From assembly GCA_951406725.2 (NCBI GenBank), contig OX597835.1, positions 6,944,001 through 7,008,000 of the forward strand: a stretch of DNA of 64,000 nucleotides, in the 5' to 3' direction. Below, piece by piece: positions 1 to 14,150 of this stretch. Below the pieces are notes generated by a model that did not search any database, was not told where the DNA came from, and saw only the letters and a program-made list of their open reading frames with translations. Numbering within the stretch: position 1 is the first letter of the stretch; each line of letters begins with the position of its first letter. The position numbers and the translations under genes were made by a program. This DNA comes from Octopus vulgaris. Lineage: Eukaryota.

Positions 1-1209
1 TCAAGCGTGTGTGTGTGTGTGTCTACTGAAAATTTGAGACGCATAAATGAAGCCTGTTTAAAAGCTCGGCGATGAACCTCGGCCCTAAGCGATAGAAGTA
101 TGGCATTCAGTATGGAATATGTTAAAGGACCGTTATTCTGTTCTGTCATTAGTGAAGTCTGTTGTCTGAATGAGAAAATGAACATAAAACTAGTCGAAAT
201 GTAGTTCTACAATCCATATTATATTGATAAAATGACTAAAATGTAAGAAGTCTTCTTATGAAAACCAATTTTTGGAATAATTTTTTCTTGTTTTTCTTTC
301 GCTTTATTTTATTTATTTGTCCATTTTTTTTATGATGGTTGTGGTGGAAATTTTTTTCATTCTATAAAATAGTAATAAGAATTGAATCGAAAGCTGTTAG
401 TAAAAGAAAGGTTAAAAAGAAGTCTGAGATGCGATGTACTCTACACGAAGACAACTGTTTCATGTTGACGTGCGCAACCCTGTGATTTCTGGGATTTTCT
501 AATAATGTTCTTGTATCATTTAATATTTCGTTAATATATTTGTCAGAATCTTGGAATTTAACCAAAATAAATAAAGGATAACATGGAATTGGAAATGAAG
601 CGTTGTACTGTTCCAATATTTAGACAGCAGGTGTGATAATTAGAAATGCTGTAATTTAATTAATAATTGTTTTAAACTAAGCTCTACGGGCCATCTAACA
701 TGAAATATCGTAGCTTCAATTATTAGCAGATGTATAATGTAATATTAAAACCAAAGGAAATTTATTGTTCATTATAAAACTAAATGCGAAGACAAATAGC
801 ATTAAGGTTATAAAATGGCAGACAAGTAGTTTGAGAGAGGAGAGAGAAATATATGGAAGGCAATCAGCGACATAAATTGGAATTATCCAATTGCAGATGT
901 ACTCGAAAATTGGAAAATCTTTAACTTTATTAATTAATGATTGCAATTTGATTCTATTTCATTCGTCAGCAATATATTAAGTTAACCGATTTAATCTAGA
1001 ATGTCTTATTAATAAGGTGTTTCTAAAGGAACAGCGTGACACATGAAACCTTTCATAGATTTTACTTCATTTTGGTAACGTAGATTGGAGATAATGGCGC
1101 TATTTGTAGATATTGCTACCAAAGTGCAAATGCTGGTCTACAGGGTTACTAGAATGGCAACGGAATGTCTCTGTAACATGGTACAAACAACTTTGAAGAA
1201 TGCTGATTT

Positions 1210-1675
1210 TTCGGTGGAATTTGAACTCAGAGCGTAAAGGCAGACGAAATACCTATTTCTTTACTGACCACAAGGGGCTACACTCAGAGGGAAAAAAACA
1301 AGGACAGACAAACGGATTAAGTCGATTACATCGACTCCAGTGTGTAACTGGTACTTATTTAATCGACCCTGAAAGGTTGAAAGGCAAAGTCGACCTCGGC
1401 GGAATTTGAGCTTAGAACGTAGTAGCAGACGAAATACATATTTCTTTACTACCCTCAAGGGGCTAAACAGAAAGAGGACAAACAAGGACGGACAAACGGA
1501 TTATGTCGATTATATCGACCCCAATGCGTAACTGGTACTTATTTAATCGACCCCGAAAGGATGAAAGTTAAAGTCGACCACGGCGGAATTTAAACTCAGA
1601 ACGTAAAGACAGACGAAATACCGCTAAGCATTTCGCCCGCCCGGCGTGCTAACGTCTCTGCTAGTTCGCCGCCTT
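1210..1675 (-). mobile_element. tRNA-derived SINE family A with internal tandem units
   Basis: Head aaggcggcgaactagcag..., with the core gagttcaaattccgccgaggtcgactttgcctttcatcctttcggggtcgat (Meta/MESC-like from recall) repeated two to three times. Confidence 0.85.
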
Positions 1676-1707
1676 ACACGCAGGTATTTTTGTATTTATT
1701 GAGGTAT

Positions 1708-1811
<104 letters not shown>

Positions 1812-2031
1812 CTGTACATGAATTTCTCTGTCACTATTTATCCCTATATATATATTGATAAAAAGGGTAAGATAACAAAAAAAACAGACCTCGATATTAT
1901 GTAAAATAGAGGAATTTATCTGTAAATGTAATATGTGACAATTATTCGGTAGCCATGATAAAACTCCAAGTTTCGGATGCCGAGGTGGAAATCCATGCCA
2001 CCATCTCTTCACTTATCCGGCCATCGGAAAA

Positions 2032-2067
<36 letters not shown>

Positions 2068-2167
2068 CGTGTGTGTCTCTGTGTGTGTATATCTATCTGT
2101 CTATCTATATATATACTGTATATACTCACACATACTGTATATATATAGTATATATATATTATATATG

Positions 2168-2200
<33 letters not shown>

Positions 2201-2284
2201 GTATATCTTTTATATAAATATATATATATATATACACATATATATGTATATGCTTTATATATATATATATATATATGTATATAT

Positions 2285-2327
<43 letters not shown>

Positions 2328-2564
2328 CATGAATAGTGCGCTTCTATACACACACACACACACATATAGTGTTGATTTATATATCTATTAGGTCATATTT
2401 TCTTCTCTCTTCTCTCTCTCTCTCTCCTATTCATACACACTGCTCTTCGTTCAGAGCTAAAATACGTTTCCAGTATTCCCTTGTGGACTTTCCGCCGCTT
2501 CTCTTCTCTGTTCCCGAGTCTATTCATTAGCGTATTCTCCAATGTATTACTCAGTGTAACAGTG

Positions 2565-2638
<74 letters not shown>

Positions 2639-2764
2639 CTATATATGTATATATATGTATATATCATATGTTATATCATATTATATTGTATATATATCGC
2701 ATATATATATTATATTATGTACATATATATTACACACACACATATATATATGTATATATTATAC

Positions 2765-2813
<49 letters not shown>

Positions 2814-3388
2814 AACACACATATATATTATATTATATATATATATTTATATTATATATATATTACATATATATACATATTATATATGTATATATATATA
2901 TATATATATATCATATATTATATATATATATATGCTATATATATATATACATTATATATTATTTTTATATATATATATATATCATATATATATATATATA
3001 TGCATATATGTATGCATGTTTGTTTGTTTGCATAAGTTGTAAGACTCTCAATTCTCTAGGTATACGTGCTTATACAATGCACATTGCTTCCCACCAATCA
3101 AATAATCTCTTCTCATAACCTTACAAATTCACAATTCAATACACGTGAGATAAATATATTTAAAAAAAAAAAGACAAAAGAAATTAATAGCAAATTTAAT
3201 AATACATATAGAATATGTGAAAGAAGGCCGGTTCGTAACTTAGAAATTAACGACCAGTAGAGGTCGTGGAGATCACTCAAGACTAAACAGCCGCACTAAA
3301 CATGATGGATATAGATTATTCAAAGATGCTGGCCAGGGTAGTAAAATGATAAGATGGTGTCTTAAGTATCCTTTAAATTTTTGTTATT

Positions 3389-3680
3389 GAGCGAAAACAC
3401 CTAAAGCTCCACGAGGCTCCGGCAGGGGATGGTGGTGATCCCTGCTGTACTCTTTCACCACAACTTTCTCTCACTCTTACTTCCTGTTTCTGTTGTACCT
3501 GTATTTCAAAGGGCCGGTCTCGTCGCTCTCTGTGTCACGCTGAATATCCCCGAGAACTACGTTAAGGGTACACGTGTCTGTGGAGTGCTCAGCCACTTAC
3601 ACGTTAATTTCACGAGCAGGCTGTTCCGTTGATTCGGATCAACCGGAACCCTCGTCGTCGTAACCGACGGAGTGCTTCCA
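3389..3680 (+). mobile_element. 5'-truncated retroposon with 16-bp target-site duplication
   Basis: ttaaatttttgttatt occurs at both 3373-3388 and 3681-3696. A diverged copy of the 3' end lies at 27989-28092. Confidence 0.75.
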
Positions 3681-3974
3681 TTAAATTTTTGTTATTACGT
3701 TTAGTTCATTTTGTGTCTTTTGCTTCAACCAAGTGATCGACACACTTCATCCACCGCTTGGTAAAAGTCGTTTTCAGTTTTTTTCTGATTTAACTACAGC
3801 CGTCATTCAAATAAGACTATTTTTGGCATTATTGTTTTCTGTTTTCTTAATGCTGTGAGAACACTGAAGGCTGCCATGTCCCTGTCACGGTTGGGAGTGC
3901 GATTTAAATATTACTTTTCTGTTTATGTTTAGGTCCCACCGGAATCTGGGGATTCGATTGCTGCAAAATAATGT

Positions 3975-4385
3975 AGAATCATGTTCAATTGATGGAACAA
4001 CTCAACACGGTTATTCAAGAGAAAAGACCTAATCGGCAGCATGGAGTTCTTCTGCTGCATGACAACACTCGCCCTCATATCGCCAATATGACCAAAGGAA
4101 GCCATTCAAACGCATAGCTGGGAAGTGCTGCCACACTTTCAAATGCTATACGCAGAGTTTCGTTCAATACTGATGAAGAATTGAGAGCTTGGTTAGATCA
4201 ATCTTTCGAGTTGAAATCAGATGATTTCGACCAAAGAGGTACTGAAAATCTTGTTGAACGTTGGGAAGAAGTTGTAAACAACAATAATGAATACGATATT
4301 CATTAATTAGCTGTTATCTTTTATTAAACCTTTAAAAAAAATTTTAATAAAAAACAACGGCGGGAACTTAGTTACCAACCCAATA
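3975..4385 (+). mobile_element. Mariner transposon 3' remnant
   Basis: Frameshifted translation gives EKRPNRQHGVLLLHDNTRPHIANMTK...WEVLPH (YSPDLAPSD segment deleted)...LVERWEEVVNNNNEY. The right TIR is cgggaacttagttaccaacccaata. Confidence 0.85.
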
Positions 4386-4486
4386 TTTATATATATATGA
4401 ATTGTGTATTTGGGCAATTAAACCGGTCGGATGCATACGTACATATATATGTGTGTATACGTGCGTGTATGTAAGTATTCGTATGT

Positions 4487-4543
<57 letters not shown>

Positions 4544-4668
4544 AAGAAAATAAGATGGCTAGCAGCAGGCTGTTTCGCCTCATACCGAAGGAATTAGAAA
4601 TGGCAGTCAAAGACCGTTTTTTCCATTTTCTATAAGTGGAGATTCCAAAAACGAAGGCCCTTACGGCT

Positions 4669-4753
<85 letters not shown>

Positions 4754-4944
4754 ATTTATGTACTATCTGTGCATATTCCACTGACGAGGCAAAGCATATT
4801 CTTATGCAGAGCTAGGAATCTAGATTTGGAATTATCCAATAATTTTTTGCTAGTTTATTTGTCTCTCCTCCTGGTGTTATATGAATACTAGATGTGGTTT
4901 TAGAGCCAAGTTTTGACTGCTATCTCTAGCATACATACATACGT

Positions 4945-4997
<53 letters not shown>

Positions 4998-5987
4998 CGT
5001 ATGTGTATGTATGTGCGTGCCTGTGTTTCTAATATCCCTTCTAAAATTTGCAGAACATAAGAATTACCGACTTTAAAAAGAAAAATTTTATAATTGATTT
5101 TTTTTAGACACACACAAATACACACATGCACTCATACACACGCACACTCACATACACACAAACATGCTCATAAATCTTCAACAAAACTCATTTTATAAAA
5201 GAGAAAAGAAATTGCAACAAAGCAGCTAAATCGTGGAATATTTTGAGGGAAAAAAAACCATCCAAAAAGCTAAAACAACGAACAAGATCCGAACTAAATG
5301 AACCGTTTTGCTTTTACCAAGAATTTCAAAACATGGAGCTTGTTTTACATAGCTTGATTTAATACGTAAAGCGGATAATATAATATGGGAAAATATTGGT
5401 GAGATGACAAGCGTTTCGATTTTTAAGATAACGGACCTGTTAATTAATATTCGGTTTATTTCAGAGACCTGGTGTCTCTTTTGTACTGATTATTTCAGGA
5501 AGGTTTCCGCTGAACTGATGAGACAATATGGTTGTTATTCAGTTGGGGAAGATGTCAAATCACTGTAAGTAACGATTTAATAGCAGATAAAGAAGCAGCT
5601 ACATAAATGCAGGCAGTTGTAATCAGTGGGTATTCTTTAGCCAATGGATGCACTCAAGCTCAAAATAACTCAAGGAAAGCGAAGGCTAAATGTCTGAGCT
5701 ACAGTGTGTGAGCGTGAGTGTGCATGTGTGTGTGTGTGCGCCTATGTGTGAGCGTGTATATGGACGTGTATGCGTGTGTGTGTTATGCATATGTGGTCTG
5801 ATATTGTATATGCATACATACATAAATATATTATTCTTAAACAAGATATTGTTTATACATACATATATAACTACATATATACTTACATATATATATACAT
5901 ACATTCATACAAATATGCATACATGCATACATATATACATACATTCATACATAATATATGCATACATGTATACATATGAATACATAT

Positions 5988-6170
5988 CGGAGTGACTGTG
6001 TGGTAAGATGCTTGCTTACCAACCACATGGCTCTGAGTTCAGTCCCACAGAGTGGCACCTTAGACAAGTGTCTTCTACTATAGCCTCGGGCCGACCAAAG
6101 CCTTGGGCGTGGATATAGTAGGCGGAAACCGAAAGATGCCCGTCGTATAAACACATATAAGTGTGTGTGT

Positions 6171-6202
<32 letters not shown>

Positions 6203-6325
6203 TTGTGTATGTGTATATGTTTGTATCTGTGTGTGTACCCCCATCATCTTTTGACAACCGATGCTGGTGTGTTTACGTCCCCGTAACTTAGCGGTTCGGC
6301 AAAAGAGACCGATAGTTAAATACTC
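5988..6325 (+). mobile_element. tRNA-derived SINE family B (CORE-like segment, internal microsatellite), 3'-truncated
   Basis: ggagtgactgtgtggtaag...gagttcagtccc...aagtgtcttctactatagcctcgggccgaccaaagcc, then (TG)n, then tgacaaccgatgctggtgtgtttacgtcccc. Confidence 0.85.
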
Positions 6326-6330
6326 ATCTT

Positions 6331-6406
6331 GTCTCTGACGATGGAATACTCAGTGTACGGACATGCTAGCCTATCACTTGGGATATCCCAGAAACAGCTG
6401 TAAGAC
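6331..6406 (+). ncRNA. Type I hammerhead ribozyme
   Basis: Stem I GUCU/AGAC; core CUGACGA at 6335-6341; stem II UGG...CCA with further internal pairing (AGUG/CACU); GAAA; palindromic helix III A-CAGCUG-U; GUA cleavage triplet. Confidence 0.75.
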
Positions 6407-7766
6407 TTCAAATTCACCTTACCCTGAATTATACTCGTCCTGCCTTGAGTTTTGTTGCCTTTTCCCTCTAATATACAGCCGCTAGTACGGAAGCTTAATA
6501 TGGATCCCTAGCTCCAGCCTCTGCTGTGAACCTGAAACCTAACGGACGACTAATTATAGCACGTACCTATTCATTTAGATCACCAGTGTACTAAAACCCT
6601 CATATCTTTTATATGTGTGTCTGTGTCTATATTGAGTAGCAATTTCTGTTTGCCTGTTCATCGTGTGATTAAAACTTCCATTTATATTTCTATTCGAAAC
6701 TAATGTTACTTATCCCGTAGTTCTTACCACTACGCCAGTGAAAATTGAAAAATAAAATACGTAAAGCAACAGTCGTCAAATGCAAAAGCCAAAGAACTGT
6801 TTATTGCTTAAATATCACTTACAATATTCATTATAAAACAGCATTAAGTCTGGCGTATAGGTGTCCACATGAGGTATGTACTATGGAAGAGTACGTTGTG
6901 TTTATCCTAATGTGGAAGCGTTTGAGAACAAAAGGTTTAAGGTTAATTATGATGTCCGATTCAACTGGAAGTTGTATATATTGTGAGCTGAACGGCTTTC
7001 CTTCATTTTATTGGCCTCGGGACAGTTTTGAAAAGGTTCACTGTGTTACGATTCACTGTCAATCAATTTTTCCTTATTTAGAAGAAACAGTCAACAGTTT
7101 TAACGTCTCAGGAATCTTTAATGCCCAAACCAAACGTAACAACCCCCAAAATCACCAAACATCTCTACAACTTAACACCGTCCAAATTAACTCTTTTCAC
7201 CTATACAAACCGTCCAATGGATGGAGGTGGGGCGGCGTTTGCTAGTTACTATATAAATGAATATATTTCAGCAACAGCCACGTGTGGCCGCTTCATCCAA
7301 TTGAGTACGATTAATTCCTGTTGGACTTTTCTGAATTCTCTGAGGTACATTAATTTCCACCAATCAAATTATCAGATTCCGGGAGGACACAAGCATAAAC
7401 ACAGACGTAATATTACAACAATAGCTCCCATAACTATGGCAATAACAGAGTCATGGTGACCTTCAGTGTGCCCACAGCATTAATAATTAAGAAAAAAACA
7501 ATAATGCCAAACGTAATCTTATTTCAGTGATGGTGGCATTTAAATAAAATAAAAATGAAAATATAAATAAGAAAAAAACGAAGATGACATTTAACAAATG
7601 ATGGATTAAGTGTGTCAATCAATTGATTGCAACAAATGAACAAACATAAAATAAAATAAAAAATTAAAAGCATAATTAAAACATTGTGTTATCTTTTTAC
7701 GACTTCGGTTAACTGTTTTGAAGAATCTTCTATCTCCATTATTTTTTATGCAATCTGGTTATTTGG

Positions 7767-8604
7767 AAGGCGGCGAGCTGGCAAAATCGTTAGCACGCCG
7801 GGCGAAATGCTTAGCGGTATTCCGTCTGCTGTTACGTTCTGAGTTCAAATTGCGCCGAGGTCGACTTTACCTTTCATCCTTTCGGGGTCGATGAATTAAG
7901 TACCAGTGACGCACTAGGGTCGATGTAATCGACTTAAGTCGTTTGTCTGTACTTGTTTGTCGCCTCTATGTTAAGCCCCTTGCGGGCAATAAAGAAATAG
8001 GTATTTCGTCTGCCATTACGTTCTGAGTTCAAATTCCGCCGAGGTCGACTTTGCCTTTCATCCTTTCGAGGTCGATTAATTAAGTACCTATTTCTTTATT
8101 ACCCACAAGGGGCTAAACATAGAGGGGACAAACAAGGACAGACATAGGCATTAAGTCGATTACATCAACCCCAGTGCGTAACTGGTACTTAATTTATCGA
8201 CCCCGAAAGGATGAAAGGCAAAGTCGACCTCGGCGGAATTTGAACTCACAACGTAACCGCAGCCGAAATACCGCTAAGCATTTCGCCCGACGTGCCAACG
8301 TTTCTGCCAGGTCGATTAATTAAGTACCAGTTACGCACTGGGGTCGATATAATCGACTTAATCCGTTTGTCTGGCCTTATTTGTCCCGTCTGTGTGTAGC
8401 CCCTTGTGGACAGTAAAGAAATAAGAAACGTTAGCATGCCAGTGAAATGATTAGCAGTATTTCGTCAGCCGCTACGTTCTGAGTTCAAATTCCGCCGAGG
8501 TCGACTTTGCCTTTCATCCTTTCGGGATGCGTACCGGCGTTGATCTAATCGACTGCCTCCCCTCCCCCAAAAATTCTGGCCTTGTGCCTAGAGTAGAAAA
8601 GAAT
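7767..8604 (+). mobile_element. SINE A multimer with a nested antisense SINE A (8089-8308)
   Basis: Same core as above. The 20-bp direct repeat aggtcgattaattaagtacc at 8069-8088 and 8309-8328 flanks the inverted copy. Confidence 0.85.
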
Positions 8605-9034
8605 CTGGCTGTTTGGATTTCAGTGGCATCTATGAAGTCTGTTGGTCATTAATTTCTAAGTTACTGGCCAGCTTTCTATCACACGTTCCATACGTCAGTC
8701 TAAATTTACTATCTCTTTCTTTTTCTTCTAAAATACACTCACCTTATCTTTTACCCTTACAAGCACTCAGGTCAATACATTCACTAATATGTGCATTAAT
8801 TTCTATTCTCCCAATTCTTATCAATGTTCAGTTCACTCCTTTCCAACTGTTATATATTATATTGCTGCTTACCCTTCTACCCGAAATTATTCACTTCTAA
8901 AAACTATATACTGTCTTGCTTTAGTTGCGGTTTCTAGCGAATATTTGCTTTTCTAAACATTAAATTACAATATAATAAATATTAAAATATTTATGTTCCT
9001 ATGAATTTATATATATATATATATACATACATAG

Positions 9035-10076
9035 AGGAGAGATGTTCATTAAAGACTTCCCCTGACGCACTTCCATTCATTGCAGGAAATGGAGCTTGTA
9101 CACATATACTTATATATGTCTTTACATGTCATATTGTAAATTGCAGCTTTCCACTAGAATTCGTTCGTCTGTTACGCTTGTTGAAGTGAATTAGAGTGTT
9201 ATAATGGAGGTAGCTGAATGCAGATCATTGATCAGGTTCTTATACTTGAAAGGTCGTACACCAAAAGATACTTTCGATGAGATGAAAATAGTTTATGGTA
9301 ACGATGAACCACCATACGACGTAGTCAAAACTTGGCATATTTATTAATCCTTCTCGACATGGCCACCACCAATGGTGACGCTCTTCTCCCATCGCTTTAT
9401 GCAGCTGTGAAGACCTCGTCTGTAGAAGTCAGCAGGTTGCGTCTGGAGCCAAGTCTTTACCTCGGAAATATGTTCACCAGCATCTGAAAAGTGCTTCCCC
9501 TTCAAAAAGAGACTTCAAGGTTGGAAAGAAGTGGAAGTCAGATGGGGTGTGGTCAGGAGAATAAGGGGATGAGGAAGGATTTTATAGCCGCAGGAGTCTG
9601 GGCAACATACGCATTGTGAGCCAGTGTGTTGTCTTTGAAGAGGCAGACGCCTTTGGCCAGCATACCATGCCTCTATACTTTGATGGTATCCCTAAATTTC
9701 AGCAGCATAGAAGCATAATATAGTGCCCTTTGCCAGAAAATCCATCCTCACAACTCCACGCTGGTCCCTAAAGACTGTGAACATCCTCTTTCTTGCTGAG
9801 GGTTGGACACGAGCCTTCTTTGGAAGTGGTGAGTTATCATGCTTCCATCGCATCGACTGATGCTGGTGAACATATTTCCGAGGTAAAGACTTGGCTCCAG
9901 ACGCAACCTGCTGACTTCTACAGACGAGGTCTTCACAGCTGCAGAAAGCGATGGGAGAAGAGCGTCACCATTGGTGGTGGCCATGTCGAGAAGGATTAAT
10001 AACTATGCCAAGTTTTGTTTATCCCAGTCATTAGGAAGTGGGTCAAGGGAAATCTTTAATGAACAACCCTCGCATA
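9035..10076 (+). mobile_element. Internally rearranged mariner transposon
   Basis: TIRs lie at about 9035-9074 and 10033-10076. The N-terminus MEVAECRSLIRFLYLKGRTPKDTFDEMKIVYG is on +. The catalytic PYSPDHTPSDFHFFPTLK segment is on - (about 9490-9575). The C-terminus RWEKSVTIGGGHVEKD occurs on both strands. Confidence 0.85.
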
Positions 10077-10083
10077 TATATGT

Positions 10084-10181
<98 letters not shown>

Positions 10182-10197
10182 AATATATATAAATATG

Positions 10198-10232
<35 letters not shown>

Positions 10233-11843
10233 ATGTATATATGTGTGCGTGTGCATGTGCGCGTGCATGTGTGTGTGTGCGTGTGTGTGCGTATGTTTGT
10301 GCGTGTATATATATATGTTCGTGTGTGCATGTGTATACATGTATGGATGTGCGTGTGCGCATAAAAGATAATTCGGATGTTAACCCTGGAATTTAACAAA
10401 TGTCTCACGTGATCGTGTGCTGGAAATGAAATAAGAAGATTATAGAAGAGTAATCTTAAATATTGAGGAGTATCAAAATCGTTATATTTACACGTTGTAC
10501 ATTTATTATCGCATATAAATAATTATGCCAGAAAATTAAAAAAGACGAAACTTATTCACACTTCATAGTAGACAGTACGTTTCATACACAATAAGAATAC
10601 GTAACAGTTTCTGTGCGTTCTTAAAATGGCGAACAATGCTTCGTCATGATGGAAATGATAGAACAATTGTAAATACGTGCAGTGGAATTGTGGGGGGAAA
10701 ATAAACAAAAAGGGACACATGGTGAAGAACGACAGGAGTTGCTATTGCTAGAAAAGGTCTTACAAAAAGCAAACGCAACAAACACAACATCAAGGACAAC
10801 AATTACTACGACTACTGCTATTACTATTGCTTATTGCTACTACTACTATTACTACTATTACTATTACAACTGGTATTAAAGTGATTAGATGGATGCTCCG
10901 GAAGCGCGCAAGAGGGTACGTTACCTACCTCGATAAGTTAGAGTCGTGCCTGTAAATAATAGGGTATGGCTTGCAGGTTAGAGAGGAGCATTTACACGGG
11001 TAGAAAACATAGCAAAACTCACATGAAGCAGCAATAGAAGGTTTAAAGCATTTACGGGTTCAGGAAGTTAACAAGTAAAATATAACAAGAAGAAAAAAAA
11101 AGGAAATAAATAAATAAATAAATAAAATGCAGAAATCGTTCGCCCTCGTTAGCCACGTGGGTAGCCGCGAGCAGAATTAGACATTTCGGATCTCCCAGTC
11201 GGGGATTTAGCCGAAGATCAAATATATCACAGTTGGAGGAAGAATAAGCAGAACAAGAGGAGACACGTGTGATACAGAGTCGTTGAAGAGGTGACAGGTG
11301 TGTGACGAAAAAAGCATTATAAAGAAACTAAAATTGTGATAGTAAAGCTGGAGTGAAGACCCAATATATAGTGCGTGTGTTTAATTGGCAAAATATGACC
11401 ATCGCCAAGTATAACAACACACACACACACAAATACACACACACACATACATGTGGTGGCTGTCTACTCCTTATGCAGTGTTTGAAGATCTCTTGTACTT
11501 AGATCTTAGATTCATCATGGCGTCGGACGCGTCTTTTTAAACCAGACAATGTACTGAAAAGAAACCCACATAGATTGCAATATCCAATTTGGACCACCTG
11601 GAGCTGCAGATAAGCTGCTGATTTTTGTGGATCTTAAGATGTCTTTTGCGGCCTCCGTTAGATTTGCAAACCATTCTGGTATACATTGCGCTGAAAGGAG
11701 TGCACAGACATATAGACAGAATAGTTGGTGGAGCTTCGTTTTTCATGGATGCGCAAATGAGATATCCTAGAAAATGTAAGGATTGGTGTGTCACAAACTG
11801 TGCCCCACAAAACAGAAAAATATCACTGAGATTCATCTTCTCG

Positions 11844-11887
<44 letters not shown>

Positions 11888-12109
11888 AGGGTGATTGAAA
11901 ATTAAGTCCTTATTCTAAAATACCTATAAATTATTTATTAATTGTAATATTTTTTTTCAATTTTCTCATGTTTGTTTATTGAAGCGTATATAAAACCTCT
12001 CATGTTCCTATTTTTGTAAAGATTACAACTAATAAATAATTCCTATTTAAAAATTGGGAGTTACGTTTCAATATATATATATATATACATTCTATATGTG
12101 TGTGTGTGT

Positions 12110-12202
12110 GCATGTGTGTGTGTGTGTATGTGTGTATTATATATACGCACATATGAAAAAGTATACAAAGTATATATACACACACATATATATATATATG
12201 TG

Positions 12203-12235
<33 letters not shown>

Positions 12236-12581
12236 ATTATATATACGCACACATGAAAAAGTATACAAAGTATATATACACACACATATATATATATATA
12301 TATGTGTGTATATATATGTGTGCGTGTGTGTGTATTATATATACGAACACATGAAAAAGTATACAAAGTATATATACACACACATATATATATATATATG
12401 TGTGTATATATATATATGTGTGTGTGTGTGTATTATATATACGAACACATGAAAAAGTATAGTATACAAATATATACACACACACATATATATATATATG
12501 TGTATATATATATATATGTGTGTGTGTGTGTATTATATATACGCACACATGAAAAAGTATACAAAGTATATACACACACAC

Positions 12582-12633
<52 letters not shown>

Positions 12634-12844
12634 ATTATATATACGCACACATGAAAAAGTATACAAAGTATATATACACACACATATATATATATATGTG
12701 TATATATATGTATATATGTGTGTGTGTGTGTGTGTATAATATATACGCACACATGAAAAAGTATACAAAGTATATATACACACACACATATATATATATA
12801 TATGTGTATATATATATATATGTGTGTGTATTATATATACACAC

Positions 12845-12876
<32 letters not shown>

Positions 12877-12960
12877 GTATATATATATATGTGTGTGTGT
12901 GTGTGCGTATGTGTGTATTATATATACGCACACATGAAAAGGTATAGAAAGTATATATAC
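12110..12960. repeat. Minisatellite of about 100-bp units, about 8 copies
   Basis: The anchor atgaaaa(a)g..ta recurs at about 12153, 12253, 12351, 12449, 12549, 12651, 12753 and 12934, separated by variable CA/TA/TG tracts. Confidence 0.9.
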
Positions 12961-13009
12961 ACTTATATATGTATGTATATATATATATATGTGTGTGTAT
13001 ATGTGTGTA

Positions 13010-13040
<31 letters not shown>

Positions 13041-13048
13041 ATGTAGGA

Positions 13049-13094
<46 letters not shown>

Positions 13095-13297
13095 GACGGT
13101 GTGTGTGTGTAAATGCTGCTTCAAAGGATGGAGTAGTGAATAGAGGTTTTCAAAGAGACCGATCCGTGCCAATATGAAGAGTAAATGAATCATTGAGAAG
13201 AATATTTTCAGACAAGTTTTCACCTGTTTTTTACTTTATTTCATCTGCACACATTATAACTGCACGTAATAACATTCTTTAGAAATCGTAAGGGTTT

Positions 13298-13410
<113 letters not shown>

Positions 13411-13796
13411 ATATATATATATATATATATATATCAATCTATCTATCTATATATCTTGCAATATATTTAGCTCAATTGGATGCCTCTTTTAATTTTCTAT
13501 GACTCTTTGTAAACAGACGTGCATACATACACCCAGACACCCATACACGTATCCACCCACATATATGCATGTATGTATGTATGTATATATGCATATATGA
13601 ATGTGTGTATGTATGTACGTATGTATATACCTTAATATATACAGGTAACAAAAGAGGGGTGTAAAGAGTGTGAAGATAAAAGAAGTTATCTCTGAATAAT
13701 AGATATTTTCTCGCGTGTCACATCTCCGTTACCTCAGTCATTTCGACTGCATACAATCCCCCAAGGTTGCTCTATCAAAAATACAATGCAAGGAGG

Positions 13797-13871
<75 letters not shown>

Positions 13872-13916
13872 TATACATGTATGTATATATGTTTAAAATA
13901 TGTATATTTGTGTATG

Positions 13917-13959
<43 letters not shown>

Positions 13960-14087
13960 ATATGTATGTATGCATGTATATGTATATATATATATGTATA
14001 TTTATATATATATAGATACATACATACACAAATATACATATTTTAAACATATATACATACATGTATACATACAGAAGTATTCATACG

Positions 14088-14150
<63 letters not shown>

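Noticed and set aside
362-616. 84-aa ORF with a hydrophobic C-terminus (GPI-signal-like)
   Set aside because: Non-ATG start, weak acceptor and no recognisable homology.
6745-7459. 166-aa and 112-aa ORFs in unique sequence
   Set aside because: No motifs recognised. The region could be a minus-strand 3' UTR (AATAAA near 6800), but this is unsupported.
11540-11990. Possible Tc1/mariner relic and TIR (tacagggtg at about 11885)
   Set aside because: The motif resemblance is too weak and I found no partner TIR.
12110-12960. CRISPR-like repeat-spacer appearance (also 60599-60690)
   Set aside because: The spacers are simple repeats or absent, the context is eukaryotic and there are no cas genes.
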